From the IMG/VR virus record IMGVR_UViG_3300032291_000723: DNA of 20,000 bases. One strand, given 5' to 3'. Numbering within the stretch: position 1 is the first letter of the stretch; every line of letters starts with the position of its first letter. Below are positions 17,602-20,000 of the stretch, piece by piece. Made by a program: the position numbers and the translations under genes. Source of the stretch: an uncultured virus (IMG/VR IMGVR_UViG_3300032291_000723) (Duplodnaviria; Heunggongvirae; Uroviricota; Caudoviricetes). The notes beneath the pieces are model-generated. The model ran no database searches and was not told the DNA's origin. It saw nothing but the letters and a program-made list of their open reading frames with translations.

Positions 17602-17666
17602 CGTCTATCCCCGCAGGGGGATGGACGCTAGGGTATCCCCTGCGGGGGATGCTCTAGCGTCTATCC
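17602..17666 (+). other. Overlapping intergenic inverted repeats (possible RNase III site or RNA switch)
   Basis: An 11-bp hairpin (17602-17627) overlaps a 22-bp hairpin (17619-17666). All deviations from Watson-Crick pairing are G-U on the + strand. Confidence 0.7.
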
Positions 17667-17693
17667 GCTCGCCATCAATCCGAAAGAACCCCA

Positions 17694-18014
17694 ATGCAGG
17701 CTTTCCAGAAGAACGTGCTTGAGATGTATGTCCGCCGTGCAATGCAGACTGGAACTATGGCAGACGCTGCTATTGCTGCGGACTATCTCTGCAAGGTATC
17801 AGGCAGTTCCTATGCGAACTGCATGGCTGCTCTTTGCAAGGCATACGGTATCCGCCATGCGGATCGTATCTGCAAGGATCGTCCGGGCATGTATGTATCC
17901 AAAGATCCTGCACGGGAATTGGCTGCAGGATGTATCGTCAAGTTTGACAAGGAAACTATCTCCGTGAAGCGTATCCCGGAGGTTGTTCCCGCTGCCATTC
18001 TGATGGCCATCTAA
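17694..18014 (+). CDS. Hypothetical early protein, 106 aa
   Basis: ORF fills the gap between neighbours. The RBS is weak (GAAAG), and its stop codon runs into the next gene's RBS (CTAACCGGAGG). Confidence 0.8.
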   Translation: MQAFQKNVLEMYVRRAMQTGTMADAAIAADYLCKVSGSSYANCMAALCKAYGIRHADRICKDRPGMYVSKDPARELAAGCIVKFDKETISVKRIPEVVPAAILMAI

Positions 18015-18027
18015 CCGGAGGCAAACA

Positions 18028-18285
18028 ATGACTACGCACACTTACCGTGGCAAGGTTCTCGTCTGCAAGTTCAATCGGACGCATAGGGATACCCGCAACA
18101 ATGAGGTGGGAACTATGTGGTTTGAAACTTTGCAGGGTTACTTGGTGGCCGATGCTAATGCGCCTACCTTTGATGACGCATTCATTGATGACATTGCCTA
18201 TGAGCATGTCAAGGATTACTTCCACCAGTTTGCGGACAATGCTACCCCGGAACAATATGTGTTGGTTGGTTCCGAGGAGAACTAA
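18028..18285 (+). CDS. Hypothetical early protein, 85 aa, acidic C-terminal half
   Basis: GGAGG at 18017-18021 upstream of the ATG. Confidence 0.85.
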   Translation: MTTHTYRGKVLVCKFNRTHRDTRNNEVGTMWFETLQGYLVADANAPTFDDAFIDDIAYEHVKDYFHQFADNATPEQYVLVGSEEN

Positions 18286-18290
18286 ACTTT

Positions 18291-18417
18291 GGTATGCCAT
18301 AGGGAAACCTATGGTATGCCTTTCCAACTAGGGGTGCGCGGCTAGACCATTCCACCCCGCCCAGTGTCGTTGTGTTACAACCCAACGGGATAGCGTAGGG
18401 AAACCTATGCTATTCCC
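18291..18417 (+). other. Structured intergenic element bounded by twin TAGG-GAAA-CCTA hairpins
   Basis: 13-bp stems at 18291-18320 and 18387-18416, each with a GAAA loop and two G-U pairs. Two shorter stems lie between them (18331-18358 and 18368-18387). Confidence 0.75.
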
Positions 18418-18438
18418 ATTAGTCCGAATGAATCCCAT

Positions 18439-18471
18439 ATCCGGCTATGCCGGGAAAGGTATGAGACAATG
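18439..18471 (+). repeat. Start-associated 33-bp repeat, copy 1
   Basis: ATCCGGCTATGCCGGGAAAGGTATGAGACAATG, ending in the start codon at 18469; 31/33 identical to copy 2. Confidence 0.9.
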
Positions 18472-18789
18472 AAGGTTTCCGAATCTGTTTGTGTTGGTTC
18501 CGATGCTGTTGCCAATGCTTTCTTTGCGGGGGATACGCTTGTTCTGTATACCGCGCATGATGGTAAGACAACGGTTCGTATCTCTGGCAATGAGGGTTTC
18601 ATGGCGGGTAATCAAGTTACCTTTGATACCCGGAATGCCGCAATCAAGTTTGTGAAGGATGCTGCTCATGGTTTGCCAATGCAGTATAACAAGCAAACTA
18701 ATACATACAATCGCAGGGAACTTACCCGTGTTCGCCTTTGCTTCATGGATGGATGGGCCACCATGAATACCAACGGAGAAGGTTTCTAA
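18469..18789 (+). CDS. Hypothetical early protein, 106 aa
   Basis: The ATG lies in the repeated translation-start cassette, and the stop abuts copy 2 of the cassette. Confidence 0.85.
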   Translation: MKVSESVCVGSDAVANAFFAGDTLVLYTAHDGKTTVRISGNEGFMAGNQVTFDTRNAAIKFVKDAAHGLPMQYNKQTNTYNRRELTRVRLCFMDGWATMNTNGEGF

Positions 18790-18821
18790 TCCGGCTATGC
18801 CGAGAAAGGTTTGAGACAATG
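18789..18821 (+). repeat. Start-associated 33-bp repeat, copy 2
   Basis: ATCCGGCTATGCCGAGAAAGGTTTGAGACAATG, ending in the ATG at 18819. Confidence 0.9.
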
Positions 18822-19133
18822 GCAACCATCGCTTTGATTCAGGACTCTGCGGATAAGCCCTATGCCCTGCTGTGCGCTATCCATGACGATGCCGTGGAAA
18901 GTGTGGAGGCTATCAAGAATGTGATTGAAGAAGCCTATCGGTGGACTATCCCCGGCCATGTCACGGACTATGTGACCCTGAAGGTTACTAGTGGCAAGAA
19001 GTCTAATGAGTTTGTGGTGGAGGCTACGGAACACATGGATTGCGTGGACAATGAAGGCCATGACTATGTGGAGTATCGTACCTTCACTATGCCCGTCATC
19101 GTCAAGTCTGTCCCTACTTTTGGAAAGGAATAA
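18819..19133 (+). CDS. Hypothetical early protein, 104 aa (MATIALIQDS...)
   Basis: Start reassigned from 18738 to 18819, because that ATG is in the repeat cassette and removes the overlap with the upstream gene. Confidence 0.85.
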   Translation: MATIALIQDSADKPYALLCAIHDDAVESVEAIKNVIEEAYRWTIPGHVTDYVTLKVTSGKKSNEFVVEATEHMDCVDNEGHDYVEYRTFTMPVIVKSVPTFGKE

Positions 19134-19134
19134 C

Positions 19135-19386
19135 ATGTCTACTGATAACACGGGATACTTGGTTGAGAAGATCAAGACTGCGCTTATGTCCAATCCTAAT
19201 ATGGACATTGTTGTTAGTCGTGCAATGGCTAAGTTTGTCCAGAATCTGTACGATCTGGATGTGTCTAACACCAAGGTGATTGAGGCACAGAGGGCTGTGA
19301 TTGCTAATCAGAAGGATCTGATTGAGAATCTGAAGAAGCATAACAACGATCAGGCTAACATTAAGTGGACCAATATCACCATCTAA
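19135..19386 (+). CDS. Hypothetical protein, 83 aa, with a probable coiled coil
   Basis: ATG at 19135 follows AAAGGA, 1 nt after the upstream stop. VIEAQRAVIANQKDLIENLKK has a heptad-like pattern. Confidence 0.8.
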   Translation: MSTDNTGYLVEKIKTALMSNPNMDIVVSRAMAKFVQNLYDLDVSNTKVIEAQRAVIANQKDLIENLKKHNNDQANIKWTNITI

Positions 19387-19399
19387 CTGGAGAAATAAT

Positions 19400-19492
19400 A
19401 TGTCTACCTTTCTTCTGATTGGTGTGGCTTTGCTTGGAATCTTTGGGGTATATACCCTTCTTTGGTGTGCTGAAGAGAACAAGAATCTTTAA
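19400..19492 (+). CDS. 30-aa single-pass membrane peptide (not in the ORF track)
   Basis: MSTFLLIGVALLGIFGVYTLLWCAEENKNL. Preceded by CTAACTGGAG like neighbouring genes, and its TAA is followed directly by the next RBS (AGGAG). Confidence 0.8.
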   Translation: MSTFLLIGVALLGIFGVYTLLWCAEENKNL

Positions 19493-19504
19493 AGGAGATG
19501 AACA

Positions 19505-19714
19505 ATGGATAACAAGGTTGTTGCCAAGAATCTTGGCGGGGTTGTTGTTTCGGGTAAGTATCTTGATAGGCTTTGCAAGATGGTGATTGCGGACAATCCT
19601 TATCTTGATAAGGAGTCTGCAGAGATTCTTTGCCGACACATTGATGATCTTCGTGCTACGCTTGGTATTCAAGATGATACCATTGTAGCACTAAAGAATC
19701 AGAAGCACCCCTAA
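19505..19714 (+). CDS. Hypothetical protein, 69 aa
   Basis: AGGAG RBS at 19493-19497; tightly packed with neighbours. Confidence 0.8.
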   Translation: MDNKVVAKNLGGVVVSGKYLDRLCKMVIADNPYLDKESAEILCRHIDDLRATLGIQDDTIVALKNQKHP

Positions 19715-19726
19715 CTGGAGACAACA

Positions 19727-19999
19727 ATGCTGCGAGTCATCACTCTCTCTGATCTGAATGGTAAGAACCCCTTCAATCTGTGCATCCTTGGTGAGAATAA
19801 GAAGGATGATACTGATATTGTGGAGGCCATTAGTTATATCCTCATGCGAGACTTCTATTCGGATGGTGGTAACTTTTACATTCACATTGAACACGCAAGG
19901 CATAGTGACTTTGTAGTGATTGTTACTACGGATGATTACATTCAACCTGTTGCTACTTATATGGCACGGGTTCAGACTGTCTGTATGTATGGTGCCTAA
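19727..19999 (+). CDS. Hypothetical protein, 90 aa
   Basis: CTAACTGGAGACAACAATG start context. Confidence 0.8.
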   Translation: MLRVITLSDLNGKNPFNLCILGENKKDDTDIVEAISYILMRDFYSDGGNFYIHIEHARHSDFVVIVTTDDYIQPVATYMARVQTVCMYGA

Positions 20000-20000
20000 T

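Noticed and set aside
18331..18363. tRNA or tmRNA-like end (GGGGTG...CACCCCGCCCA)
   Set aside because: Too short, no T-arm or anticodon arm, and the NCCA register is off by one.
18439..18821. CRISPR array from the 33-bp repeats
   Set aside because: There are only two copies, separated by a whole gene, each contains an RBS and ATG, and no cas genes are present.

Overview
This window is part of a dsDNA phage genome, probably a podovirus-like (T7-supergroup-like) phage, with all convincing genes on the + strand. Positions 1-15983 hold the end of a late/virion module: a 5'-truncated ORF, a 1453-aa ORF and a ~3530-aa ORF, likely internal virion (ejection) proteins. The giant protein is a polyvalent protein. 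It has an HExxH zincin metallopeptidase, an ART-PolyVal-type ADP-ribosyltransferase fold and what looks like a complete ECF-sized sigma-70-family module (region 2-like plus region 4 HTH). Positions 15984-16570 are non-coding and dense in CCTAGG palindromes, phased CCAAG repeats and A/C tracts, as expected at a genome end or packaging junction. Next come a candidate ECF-type promoter, a hairpin plus boxA-like antitermination site, and ~520 nt of strongly structured putative RNA (GNRA tetraloops, G-U-containing helices, a four-way junction with a long rod). Positions 17179-19999 hold nine small early-type genes separated by repeated start-associated sequences and hairpins. The leading hypothesis is that the virion injects its own sigma factor, with a protease and an ART, to start an antiterminated early transcript led by a large structured RNA. 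All domain calls come from motifs read by eye; no searches were run.
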